Virus record (IMG/VR): IMGVR_UViG_3300020438_000012
Coordinates: 1 to 64,000 of that record
Source of the DNA: a virus
Strand: one strand, 5' to 3'
Length of the DNA: 64,000 nucleotides
Under the pieces are notes generated by a model that worked only from the letters and a program-made list of their open reading frames with translations, was not told the origin of the DNA and ran no database searches. Below are positions 56,071 through 64,000 of the stretch, one piece after another; positions within the stretch are counted from its first letter, which is position 1, and every line of letters starts with the position of its first letter. Position numbers and translations under genes: made by a program.

Positions 56071-59000
56071 GTGGCAGACGATCTAGGAACACAACTGGGC
56101 ATTCAGAACGAGATCAACAAAGTTCTCGTTGCACGCGAAGCAATAATGAAGCGTAATGCAAGCTTGCTTCAAGGACAGGCTCAGCTTGCTAAAGAACTTT
56201 GCAATGCTCTGCGCTGCGAAAATTTAGACGGCATGGATGACCGGCTAAGAGGCATCAACGATGCCATGGAAGATGCTGCAAATGCTGCTCAAAATGCCGG
56301 AAATAACTTTAATAGCACAACAGAAGAAATTGGGCAAATGGTCGATGAGCTCGATAGCGCTTCGACTTCGACCAAAGCCTTAACCGCTGCGTCTCAAGGA
56401 CTTAAGGCCGTCGGCTCGGCTTTTAAGGTTGTCGGCGGATCGATTATGGGAGCCTTTAGTGCTGCATTTAACGCGGTATCTGCAGTGGCGGCCGGCATTG
56501 GAAAAGCATTTAGTGCAATCTTGGCGGCTTCAAATGAAGCTGCAGCTGCCGGAAGGGCCGTGGCGGAAGCGTTTGAGGACGTTCGTGAAACATTCGGAGA
56601 CCTTTCGACAGGCGAAGGCTTAGCGGTTACCGAAGCTTTTCATCACGTCGATAAAGCGGCTAACGATTTTGGCGTAAGCCTAGGAAGCCGTTTTGGTCCT
56701 TTTGCCGAGGGTACTGTTGCAAAGCTAAAGGCTATGTCGGCGGCGATGGAGAATCTAGGATCTTTAGGTCCGCTACTTGAAAAGCAATTTACTGGAAAAG
56801 TCGTATTTGCAATGGATAGCCTTGCAAAGGGAGCAGGAATTAGCGGAGAAGCTTTCCAGTCCCTTGCAAATAGATCCCTAAACGCAGGCCAGTCCCTGGA
56901 AGGAGTTCTTGAGCAGACTTCCAAAAGCATTGCGGCTGTCGCAAGGGGAATCGGCGTTAGTACAAAAACCCTTGGCAAGAGCTTTGATGCAATCGCTAAA
57001 GATGTTTCAAACTTTGGACATCTAACCGTTCAGGAGATGACAAACCTTGCGGCCGTCATGACAAAGACCGGTATCACGATGACAACGGTTCAAGGGGTTG
57101 CTTCAAAGTTCGATCAGTTCGACAGTGCGGCAGAAAGTGTTGCAAAACTGACTCAAGCGTTTGGCTTAAACCTTAATGCGATTGATCTGCTAAACGCATC
57201 CGATGAAGAGCGACTTCAAATGCTTAAGACTTCCTTCATGCAGCAAGGAAAGTCGATCGACCAACTTAGTAGACAAGAGAGAGCTTACCTAGCATCTAGC
57301 GCCGGTATAGCAGATTCCGATCTCGAGCGTGTCTTCGGAGACCAAGCTGGCTCAATTGATGAAACTGCAACGGCGGCCGAGAGAGCACAGGAAGCTCAGA
57401 TCACCATGGCAGCTTCAATGCAGGAAATGGAGAAGAGCATCAAGAAAATATTCGGCCCTCTTCTTTCTCTAACCGGCTTGTTTTCATCTTTCTTTGAAGG
57501 GTTTGACAAAGCGTTCTTATTGAGTGGAATCCTAAGTCCTCTTAGGCAAGTACTTCAGGAAATATTTGATCTAGGTTTTAAGTCCGGGACTGACTTTGCG
57601 GCGGCGATTAAAAGTATCAATGAAAATCTAGGCGGCTTGGACGGAGCTCTGGGGGGCTTAAAGAAACCGTTTGAGATACTCAGGGATTTTTTCTTTGAGA
57701 TTAAAATTGCATTTCAGGAAGGGTTTGAAGAAGACATTTTTGGAAATAAAACTTTCAACCCCGGCTATCTCAAAACTGCGTTTCTCAACTTTTTCAATCG
57801 TTCTATAACAGTGATTGAATCAGTTGTAACCGAAGTTGCACCTACAATTGCAACTGCCATGGGATCCGTGTTTGGTGCTGCGATGCAGGCAGTCAAAAAT
57901 AACCCTGGTGCTATTGCTTCAATTCAGACAGGGGTTAGTGAAGCGCTTACTTTTGTGTTTGATCAACTTACTAGTTTTCTTACAAGTGGCCCTGGGAAAG
58001 CACTAATGATGGCTTCGGCCGGCGCCATTGCTGTCTCTTACGGTCCGATGATAATTGCGATGTTTGCTCCTCTAATGGCGTTTGCTGGTCCTTCAATCAA
58101 AACCGGCCTTGAAGCAGTCGGATCTATATCACCGGCAACGGTCGGCAAAGCTGCCCTAGCAATTGGGGCTCTGGCACTTCTGGCGTCAGGTAGTCTGTTT
58201 CTGTTTGGTCAAGCGCTAGGATCTATGGCCGGATTAACGATGCAAAACGTAAAAGTCGGTGCAGCGGTAATGTTGTTTGCGCTTGGTAGCATTGGTGCAA
58301 TTGCAGTAGCGGCCGGTATTATGGGGGCCGTATTGTCCGCACCGCCGATTGTGTTTGCCGTTGGCGTCGGAGCAGTTGCTATTGCAGCGTTTGGGGTCTT
58401 TCTAACAAAGGTTCTGGTTCCGTTAGCTGTTCAAATGGTGGATGGTTTAAAGAAAATTAAGCCTGGAGCTGCGAAAAAAGCTTCTGAAGTTGCCTCTGAC
58501 CTAACGTCTGCAGCAGCATCTCTGGCTGCCCTCGGCGCCGTTCTTGCAGGGACAAGTGTGGCTGGTGCAGCATCGGGAGTTGTTTCATTCCTAACCGGCG
58601 GCAAAATAAGCCCGGAAGATGGTATGAAAAAACTGGTTAGCGTTGGAATGCTTGCTGCAAAACACATGCCTAGGCTTGACAGAGCTATATCGAAAGCCAA
58701 CGTCGATGCGGATGCGATTTCAGCATTTACAAGAGACACGATCCGAACCGGTATCAATATATCGAAATTTGCCGGCGGGATCAAAGAAATGTCTGAAAGT
58801 CTAGACATTGCCAAAGAAGCACTTGGTTCTGGAAATGCAGGAGCGCTGGCTGTTGCAACCGCCCTAGTGACAGATTATAACTTGGTTGTCGACGAACTTC
58901 GAAAGCTAGGACACAACGGTGTTGATCTTGACGCTACGATTGACACGATTCAGAAAGGAATTACAACCAATAAAACGAAAATTACAATCGATAGAGATAA

Positions 59001-59127
59001 GATTGAGTTGAACGTTAAGCTAAATGTCAACCTTGTTGCGGACAAGCTAGCCGAAGCTCTTTCTGACCGAAGCGTTGTTAGCGACGAATTCAGACTGGTA
59101 AGATCCGGCGGCGGAGTGAATGTATAA
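56071..59127 (+). CDS. tape measure protein
   Basis: 1018 aa, Ala/Gly-rich and helical with hydrophobic segments; follows tube and chaperone, precedes baseplate genes. Confidence 0.8.
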   Translation: MADDLGTQLGIQNEINKVLVAREAIMKRNASLLQGQAQLAKELCNALRCENLDGMDDRLRGINDAMEDAANAAQNAGNNFNSTTEEIGQMVDELDSASTSTKALTAASQGLKAVGSAFKVVGGSIMGAFSAAFNAVSAVAAGIGKAFSAILAASNEAAAAGRAVAEAFEDVRETFGDLSTGEGLAVTEAFHHVDKAANDFGVSLGSRFGPFAEGTVAKLKAMSAAMENLGSLGPLLEKQFTGKVVFAMDSLAKGAGISGEAFQSLANRSLNAGQSLEGVLEQTSKSIAAVARGIGVSTKTLGKSFDAIAKDVSNFGHLTVQEMTNLAAVMTKTGITMTTVQGVASKFDQFDSAAESVAKLTQAFGLNLNAIDLLNASDEERLQMLKTSFMQQGKSIDQLSRQERAYLASSAGIADSDLERVFGDQAGSIDETATAAERAQEAQITMAASMQEMEKSIKKIFGPLLSLTGLFSSFFEGFDKAFLLSGILSPLRQVLQEIFDLGFKSGTDFAAAIKSINENLGGLDGALGGLKKPFEILRDFFFEIKIAFQEGFEEDIFGNKTFNPGYLKTAFLNFFNRSITVIESVVTEVAPTIATAMGSVFGAAMQAVKNNPGAIASIQTGVSEALTFVFDQLTSFLTSGPGKALMMASAGAIAVSYGPMIIAMFAPLMAFAGPSIKTGLEAVGSISPATVGKAALAIGALALLASGSLFLFGQALGSMAGLTMQNVKVGAAVMLFALGSIGAIAVAAGIMGAVLSAPPIVFAVGVGAVAIAAFGVFLTKVLVPLAVQMVDGLKKIKPGAAKKASEVASDLTSAAASLAALGAVLAGTSVAGAASGVVSFLTGGKISPEDGMKKLVSVGMLAAKHMPRLDRAISKANVDADAISAFTRDTIRTGINISKFAGGIKEMSESLDIAKEALGSGNAGALAVATALVTDYNLVVDELRKLGHNGVDLDATIDTIQKGITTNKTKITIDRDKIELNVKLNVNLVADKLAEALSDRSVVSDEFRLVRSGGGVNV

Positions 59128-59351
59128 TGAAAGTTTATGACTATATGATGGAAAACAAGATGCTAAGTGGACTGATCGATGCGTGCGAATCGGATGATCA
59201 GAAAGAAGCCATTAAGGCATACGCAAAAGATGTTTGCGAAAAGTACGAACCATTCCTGAAGAGCGTTAGAGAAAACGTTAAGACAAAAGATGACAGAGAC
59301 GCTCTTTTAAAAGCAATTATGAATTCAAGGAAGCGTGGAAATGCCGACTGA
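59127..59351 (+). CDS. small hypothetical protein
   Basis: 74 aa, TAATG overlap. Confidence 0.5.
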   Translation: MKVYDYMMENKMLSGLIDACESDDQKEAIKAYAKDVCEKYEPFLKSVRENVKTKDDRDALLKAIMNSRKRGNAD

Positions 59352-62300
59352 TCCACCTGACAATTATCTAATCGATGATACGAATGGAAGCGGAGACTTT
59401 AACGAGGGCGACGATCTTAAGCCCGCGTTAAAAAGAACTCTTGGTAGCTTTATTTCTGAGCTTACAAAGACGCAACCTACCAAGAATTCGTATCAGATTG
59501 AACCTGATATTGTCGAGCCGGCATCTTTTCAAGAAGTAACAAACCGAACTCCCGGAATGGTTTCTGCAACAAGTACGCTTTCTGATTCTTTTATTAAAGA
59601 AGTTTCAGAAGATGCAAAGGCTTATTTCGAGTCTCTTAACCAGGGCGACTACGGCGGCGGAAAAAATCCTCTCATTGATATATTTGACAAAGAGCTTCGC
59701 CAGGCAAAGCACGGTGAAAAAATTGCGGCCATTACCGGGAAAGGCCGAAAAACAAAAATTGAGAAAAAAGTTTCAGAAGTTCTAAAGAATAACAGGTTTC
59801 ACCCCGGCGGAAACACTCCGTATGTAAACAATAGAGGGATTTCAAAAGATCTCAGAGTTCAGAAACTTTTTGGCGAGTACATACCCGAAGGCGAAAACGG
59901 CGCTTCCGATTATAGCATCGACGACATGCAGCGAATTGCATATTCGCTTTTGCTCAAAGCATCAGGAAGATTACAGTCCGATGACAACCCAGATGAATTT
60001 GACTCCGGAAAAATTCTAACGACAACCGGCGGTGAAGGAGTTCAGGTTGCTACGGTACGTGTTGGAAATAAAAAGGTAGACACCGGCGATATGTACGCCG
60101 CAAACGCTTACCAAGGTCCAAACAACGAAAAGATCGTAAAAGAAAATGCTGCCGAATACTTTGTCAACGACCCTGAATTAAACGAGAAGGCAGGTCCAGG
60201 TGGATTCAGAAAGCCTGGAACATCGTTCGGTCAGACGTACAGTCACCTCGAACAATTTGCTCCGTTTGGCGCTTATTCACCATCGCCTATCGCTCTACTG
60301 GTCCCTCAGTTTGTCACAATTGCTGCGTCCACTGCAGCCGTCGGAGCTCTTCTTCAGCTTCTTGTTTTAGGGTTTGATCTTGGTGCTAACGATTTAGACC
60401 CTAATTCTAATGTTTTACCTTTTGGAAAGTCAAAAGAATCCGTAAGAGACACTTCTCCCTTAGGTTTTCCTCCAAGCTTTCGAAGTATATTAGGGATTCC
60501 TTACTTAGAGCACGGTCCTTCTTTGATAGTCAATGTTGCATTAGGTCTTGGCTGGTTTCAGGCAGCTTCGTTATGGGGCGGAGCAGGATTTGTAACCTCT
60601 GTCCAAAGAACTGTTGCACGAGACGTTGTCGATTTTATGGGAACTTTTACTGATCCCAATGGGCCTTTCTCTGGTGGACCAATCTCTGACTTATTCGGGG
60701 TTGGGGTTGTCATAGACTCGCTACTTAGATCACCGTTCTATCGCTTTGTAGTCGTAATGATGATTATTGGCGACAAGATTCAAGCAAAGCGTCTCTACAA
60801 GACTGACGATATTGATCCCAAGGATCTCCCCAAGCATAGGGGAGGCGCAAACAGAAAAGTCTCTGGTGAAAAATCACTTGTATGGGCCTCGAACCAATCT
60901 AAAAGTGCTTACATCGAACCTACACTGTTGCCTAAGGATAACCAATTTAAAAAACCTACAAGTGGCAACGATCAATTTTTCCCCCTTGAAAAAGGAATCT
61001 CTAGAATCTCTGCCGACAATGTAAGGGAAATTGAAGACAACCTCGACGCCGAGTACATGCCTTTCTATTTTCAAGACCTTAGAACGAATGAAATAATTTC
61101 TTTTCATGCGTTTTTGTCTAACATATCTGATTCATATTCTCCAACCATTAATTCACAGACTGGCATTGGTAGAATTGAGCCTGTATTGATTTATGGAGGA
61201 ACAAGCAGATCAATTTCGCTTGAATTTGTTGTTGCTTCACTTAATCCTGCTGACCATAATTCAATGTACACAAAAATCAATAAGCTTACGACCATGGTCT
61301 ATCCTCAGTTTTCACGCGGTAAGCAGCTTTTAATTGAAGATGGCGGCAAGTTTGTGCAGCCTTTCTCACAAGTTCAGACGTCTAGTCCCTTAATTCGAGT
61401 CAGACTTGGTGACATTCTTTCTTCGAATTATACAACAGCTGCAATCCAAAGACTTTTTGGCTTACAGAAAGAAGGTACTTTTGAGTCACCAACGCCACAG
61501 CCTGAGGGACAAAGCGCCGGCGACGATAATGCCGCTGAAGTGTCTCAGAAAGAAATTGAAATAGAAGCATCACGATACGAAACACCTAAGTTTCCCGGGG
61601 ATCCAAGCAGCGGACTAAAGCCAGGTGATAAGGTTGATCTAATTGGTCTTCCTAGCATCGGCGTTAAAAAACCGACAACTTTACCTACGTCACCGTTTGA
61701 TTTTCAAGTTCCGGTAATTGGTGGCGCCCCGATATCTTTGACAATTAACGCCATGGTCGGGTTTCAGTATTACAGAAAAGACCCTTCAGGGTTAAGTCCG
61801 AATGCGTTAGTATTAGCCGGTGCCGGCGCTAAGCCGTCGCCAGATTCGGACATAATTTTAAGTGACCCGATATACTCCGCAACATACTCTAAAGAAACTT
61901 TTGATGAACTCAGTCGAAACGTTGATTTTCCAATAGTTCAAACTACTACGATTACGCATCGCACATTCCAGGGTTTTGGATTTTTAAATGGAAAATTTTT
62001 AACAGACGAGGCAAGAAGACAGATAGGTGGTGATGCTGCGAACCAAGCGTTTAAAGAAGATTTTTTCGCACCAGAAAAGAACGCAATTATTCGTAGCTTC
62101 GAATCTACGCGCGGAAGAGGCTTGGCGGGCATGATTACAAACCTTGACATTAAGTGGGGAGATACATGGTCGGTCGACAAAGGATCGAGGGCTCCTAAGT
62201 ACTGCACAATTTCAATCGGATTCTCGCCGATACATGATATTACTCCGGGAATCGACCATAACGGAATCAATAGATCTCCAATATACGGTGTTGGATCTAC

Positions 62301-62352
62301 GTCTAGATCAATTAGAGGTGGAGACGTTTACGACAGTGAGGACGAATCATGA
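59341..62352 (+). CDS. baseplate/tail-tube-initiator-like structural protein
   Basis: FHAFLSNISDSYSP...GRIEPVLIYGGTSRSISLEF and PLIRVRLGD, a tube-like fold pattern; start ATG 59341. Confidence 0.6.
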   Translation: MPTDPPDNYLIDDTNGSGDFNEGDDLKPALKRTLGSFISELTKTQPTKNSYQIEPDIVEPASFQEVTNRTPGMVSATSTLSDSFIKEVSEDAKAYFESLNQGDYGGGKNPLIDIFDKELRQAKHGEKIAAITGKGRKTKIEKKVSEVLKNNRFHPGGNTPYVNNRGISKDLRVQKLFGEYIPEGENGASDYSIDDMQRIAYSLLLKASGRLQSDDNPDEFDSGKILTTTGGEGVQVATVRVGNKKVDTGDMYAANAYQGPNNEKIVKENAAEYFVNDPELNEKAGPGGFRKPGTSFGQTYSHLEQFAPFGAYSPSPIALLVPQFVTIAASTAAVGALLQLLVLGFDLGANDLDPNSNVLPFGKSKESVRDTSPLGFPPSFRSILGIPYLEHGPSLIVNVALGLGWFQAASLWGGAGFVTSVQRTVARDVVDFMGTFTDPNGPFSGGPISDLFGVGVVIDSLLRSPFYRFVVVMMIIGDKIQAKRLYKTDDIDPKDLPKHRGGANRKVSGEKSLVWASNQSKSAYIEPTLLPKDNQFKKPTSGNDQFFPLEKGISRISADNVREIEDNLDAEYMPFYFQDLRTNEIISFHAFLSNISDSYSPTINSQTGIGRIEPVLIYGGTSRSISLEFVVASLNPADHNSMYTKINKLTTMVYPQFSRGKQLLIEDGGKFVQPFSQVQTSSPLIRVRLGDILSSNYTTAAIQRLFGLQKEGTFESPTPQPEGQSAGDDNAAEVSQKEIEIEASRYETPKFPGDPSSGLKPGDKVDLIGLPSIGVKKPTTLPTSPFDFQVPVIGGAPISLTINAMVGFQYYRKDPSGLSPNALVLAGAGAKPSPDSDIILSDPIYSATYSKETFDELSRNVDFPIVQTTTITHRTFQGFGFLNGKFLTDEARRQIGGDAANQAFKEDFFAPEKNAIIRSFESTRGRGLAGMITNLDIKWGDTWSVDKGSRAPKYCTISIGFSPIHDITPGIDHNGINRSPIYGVGSTSRSIRGGDVYDSEDES

Positions 62353-62642
62353 TTAGACGCTACACTAATGACAACAAGATTCGTACTGGCAGAATGATTG
62401 GAACTCCAAAGGCTTCAAGAATTCTTTCAAAGGCAGTTCGAAACGGAACAATTCGAGTAAACAATCGAGTGCTTAAAGAAGGCGAACGGCTAGACTCTAT
62501 CGCCGGAGAACTCTACGGAGATGCAAGACTCTGGTGGATCATTGCTGCGTGTAGCGGCGTCGGATGGGCGCTACAAGCTCCGGGCGGAACAATTCTGAAA
62601 ATACCGGCTTCGCTGGCGCAAGTTCGGGCATTGGTGGGTTAA
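62349..62642 (+). CDS. LysM-like baseplate wedge protein (gp53/tail X-like)
   Basis: LKEGERLDSIAGELYGDARLWWIIA...GTILKIP. Confidence 0.85.
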   Translation: MIRRYTNDNKIRTGRMIGTPKASRILSKAVRNGTIRVNNRVLKEGERLDSIAGELYGDARLWWIIAACSGVGWALQAPGGTILKIPASLAQVRALVG

Positions 62643-62643
62643 A

Positions 62644-64000
62644 ATGGCCGTTGATTCTAATGGCACAAGCCTTGCTGCGCTGCAAGAGCTGGCGGCTTAC
62701 TTCGGAGGAAAAAGCGAGGTTGAAAACCAGGCATTCACCGTTTCCGAAGGAAAGATGCTTCTTGATGAAGTCAGAAGCTACTTGCACAAAGAAGTCCTTC
62801 CAAGGATTACTCGGAGTGAACTTGGCGGAGCAACAGCTCTGCAGCTTGCACAAATCATAACAACTGGCATCGATCAAGAAGATGTCAACGCCGCAAGGAA
62901 GATTATTGCAATCACGGCAGAGGCTGGTGCTGGTAAATTTGAAACGGCAGTAAAGCCTTCCGAATGTGTTTTTGGCCTCGAGTCTGGAGACAACGAAAGC
63001 GTGTCGGCAATACAGGTATTTCCGGTGGATCTCAGTTTTTCCGGAAGAAGCAGCGAGATTCTCGATGTTTTTTTCAACGGAATCCCGAACATCGAATGGT
63101 CAAGGTGCGTTCCGTTCTTCGACCTCATGATTGTGTCATCGAGATTTCCCACAGATGAAGGGGGCAAACCGAGCACCATGAGCCAGTCGTTGTTCCTGTC
63201 AAGCGGTGAGTCACTAGATCCAGACATCGGCATGAAGATTGCAAAAGCGAAGCCGGAGGGATTCAAACCACCAGGCGGTGCCGATGAGGATGAGCAGTTC
63301 ACGGTTTCCGGGATGGAGCTGTTTACCTCACCACAGACGCTAGTAAACGCCGATAACGAATACTTCGAGGTTGACGAAACCGGGCAGGGAGGCACTGCGA
63401 TCCTAGACCGCTTCCGGCCGTTCATGACAATCAAGTCGTTCGCCGTTAACGTTACACCGGCTTTCGGTCTTCAGGGATTCAAGAAGGCAAAGATGTCCCT
63501 CACCCTGCACGATCGATCTCGCCTAGGGCAGATCGAGCCGCTTGTCCAGCCAGACATGTACGGAAAAACAGAGCTAAGGGTTGAGTACGGTTGGTCACAT
63601 CCAGCAATCAACGATCCCGGAACGAATCCTATAGGTGAGTTCCTCAACTCTCTTCGCGTAAAAGAAAAGTACGGAATCATCAATTCAAGCTTTTCGTTTA
63701 CTGACGATGGCCAGGTCGACATAAACCTAGAGCTTGCGATGAGAGGTGCTTCGGACTCATTCACCACAAACGTGAATGACACGGCCACGTCCTCAAACTT
63801 GCTCGAGCAGCTGGATGGCACGGTAGAGAAACTGCAGGAAGAATTGTCAAGAATCCGAGGTGCGAACACGAAGCTCTCGGATGTTGTCGGAAAAACAATC
63901 ATTCCCGCATCGTCAAGCACGAGCTCGGTTTTAAGAATCAGCGATAAGGATCGAGTCGTAATCCAGCAGTTCATAAGAAACAGATCAAATAAAGGGACCG
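62644..64000 (+). CDS. 3'-truncated baseplate hub-like protein
   Basis: ATG 62644 (MAVDSNGTSLAALQE...) appears open to the window end and contains LTLHDRSRL and LRVEYGWSHP; absent from the ORF track because it has no stop in the window. Confidence 0.6.
   Translation, partial: MAVDSNGTSLAALQELAAYFGGKSEVENQAFTVSEGKMLLDEVRSYLHKEVLPRITRSELGGATALQLAQIITTGIDQEDVNAARKIIAITAEAGAGKFETAVKPSECVFGLESGDNESVSAIQVFPVDLSFSGRSSEILDVFFNGIPNIEWSRCVPFFDLMIVSSRFPTDEGGKPSTMSQSLFLSSGESLDPDIGMKIAKAKPEGFKPPGGADEDEQFTVSGMELFTSPQTLVNADNEYFEVDETGQGGTAILDRFRPFMTIKSFAVNVTPAFGLQGFKKAKMSLTLHDRSRLGQIEPLVQPDMYGKTELRVEYGWSHPAINDPGTNPIGEFLNSLRVKEKYGIINSSFSFTDDGQVDINLELAMRGASDSFTTNVNDTATSSNLLEQLDGTVEKLQEELSRIRGANTKLSDVVGKTIIPASSSTSSVLRISDKDRVVIQQFIRNRSNKGT

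Noticed and set aside
383-63974. Minus-strand and alternative-frame ORFs in the track (e.g. 46414..47097, 62874..63434, 38183..38716)
   Set aside because: They lie within well-supported + strand genes, have no recognisable motifs, and look like shadow ORFs.
43816-64000. Bacterial extracellular contractile injection system or tailocin
   Set aside because: Terminase, portal, protease, capsid and primase lie in the same co-oriented block, so this is a complete phage morphogenesis region.
1-64000. Alternative genetic code (stop-codon reassignment), as seen in some large phages
   Set aside because: Core genes are intact under the standard code, and TAA, TAG and TGA all end genes at sensible boundaries.
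1-64000. tRNA, rRNA, integrase or transposase
   Set aside because: None seen; intergenic gaps are very short and show no cloverleaf-like sequence. tRNAscan-SE would confirm.

Overview
The window is a 64 kb piece of a large (probably jumbo-class) T4-like contractile-tailed dsDNA phage genome. It is almost fully coding, all credible genes are on the + strand, and the standard genetic code fits. Gene order: baseplate/fibre-type virion genes (1-23.5 kb, with a GAMT/Rmt2-like SAM methyltransferase in the fibre operon); RuvC-like resolvase, primase and a fused Mre11-Rad50 (gp47-gp46-like) nuclease; large terminase, portal, prohead protease, scaffold, major capsid; neck and tail-completion genes; two tandem tail-sheath genes; tail tube; tail assembly chaperone; tape measure; baseplate genes. 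The standout is an array of 11 tandem small genes (50640-54659) between tail tube and tail chaperone. All begin with the same ~15-aa leader (M[KR]ITKRQL[RK]RIIKE[EA]) followed by mostly unrelated cargo sequences. Related leaders start two genes in the head cluster. I interpret this as a capsid-targeting, protease-cleaved packaging tag on a variable set of internal proteins that may be injected into the host (inference). Also seen: a recurrent ATACTTA late-promoter candidate, a hairpin that hides an RBS with that motif in its loop, a nested in-frame scaffold start, and a likely programmed frameshift at the end of the tail chaperone. All functional calls come from motif recognition and synteny; no database searches were run.
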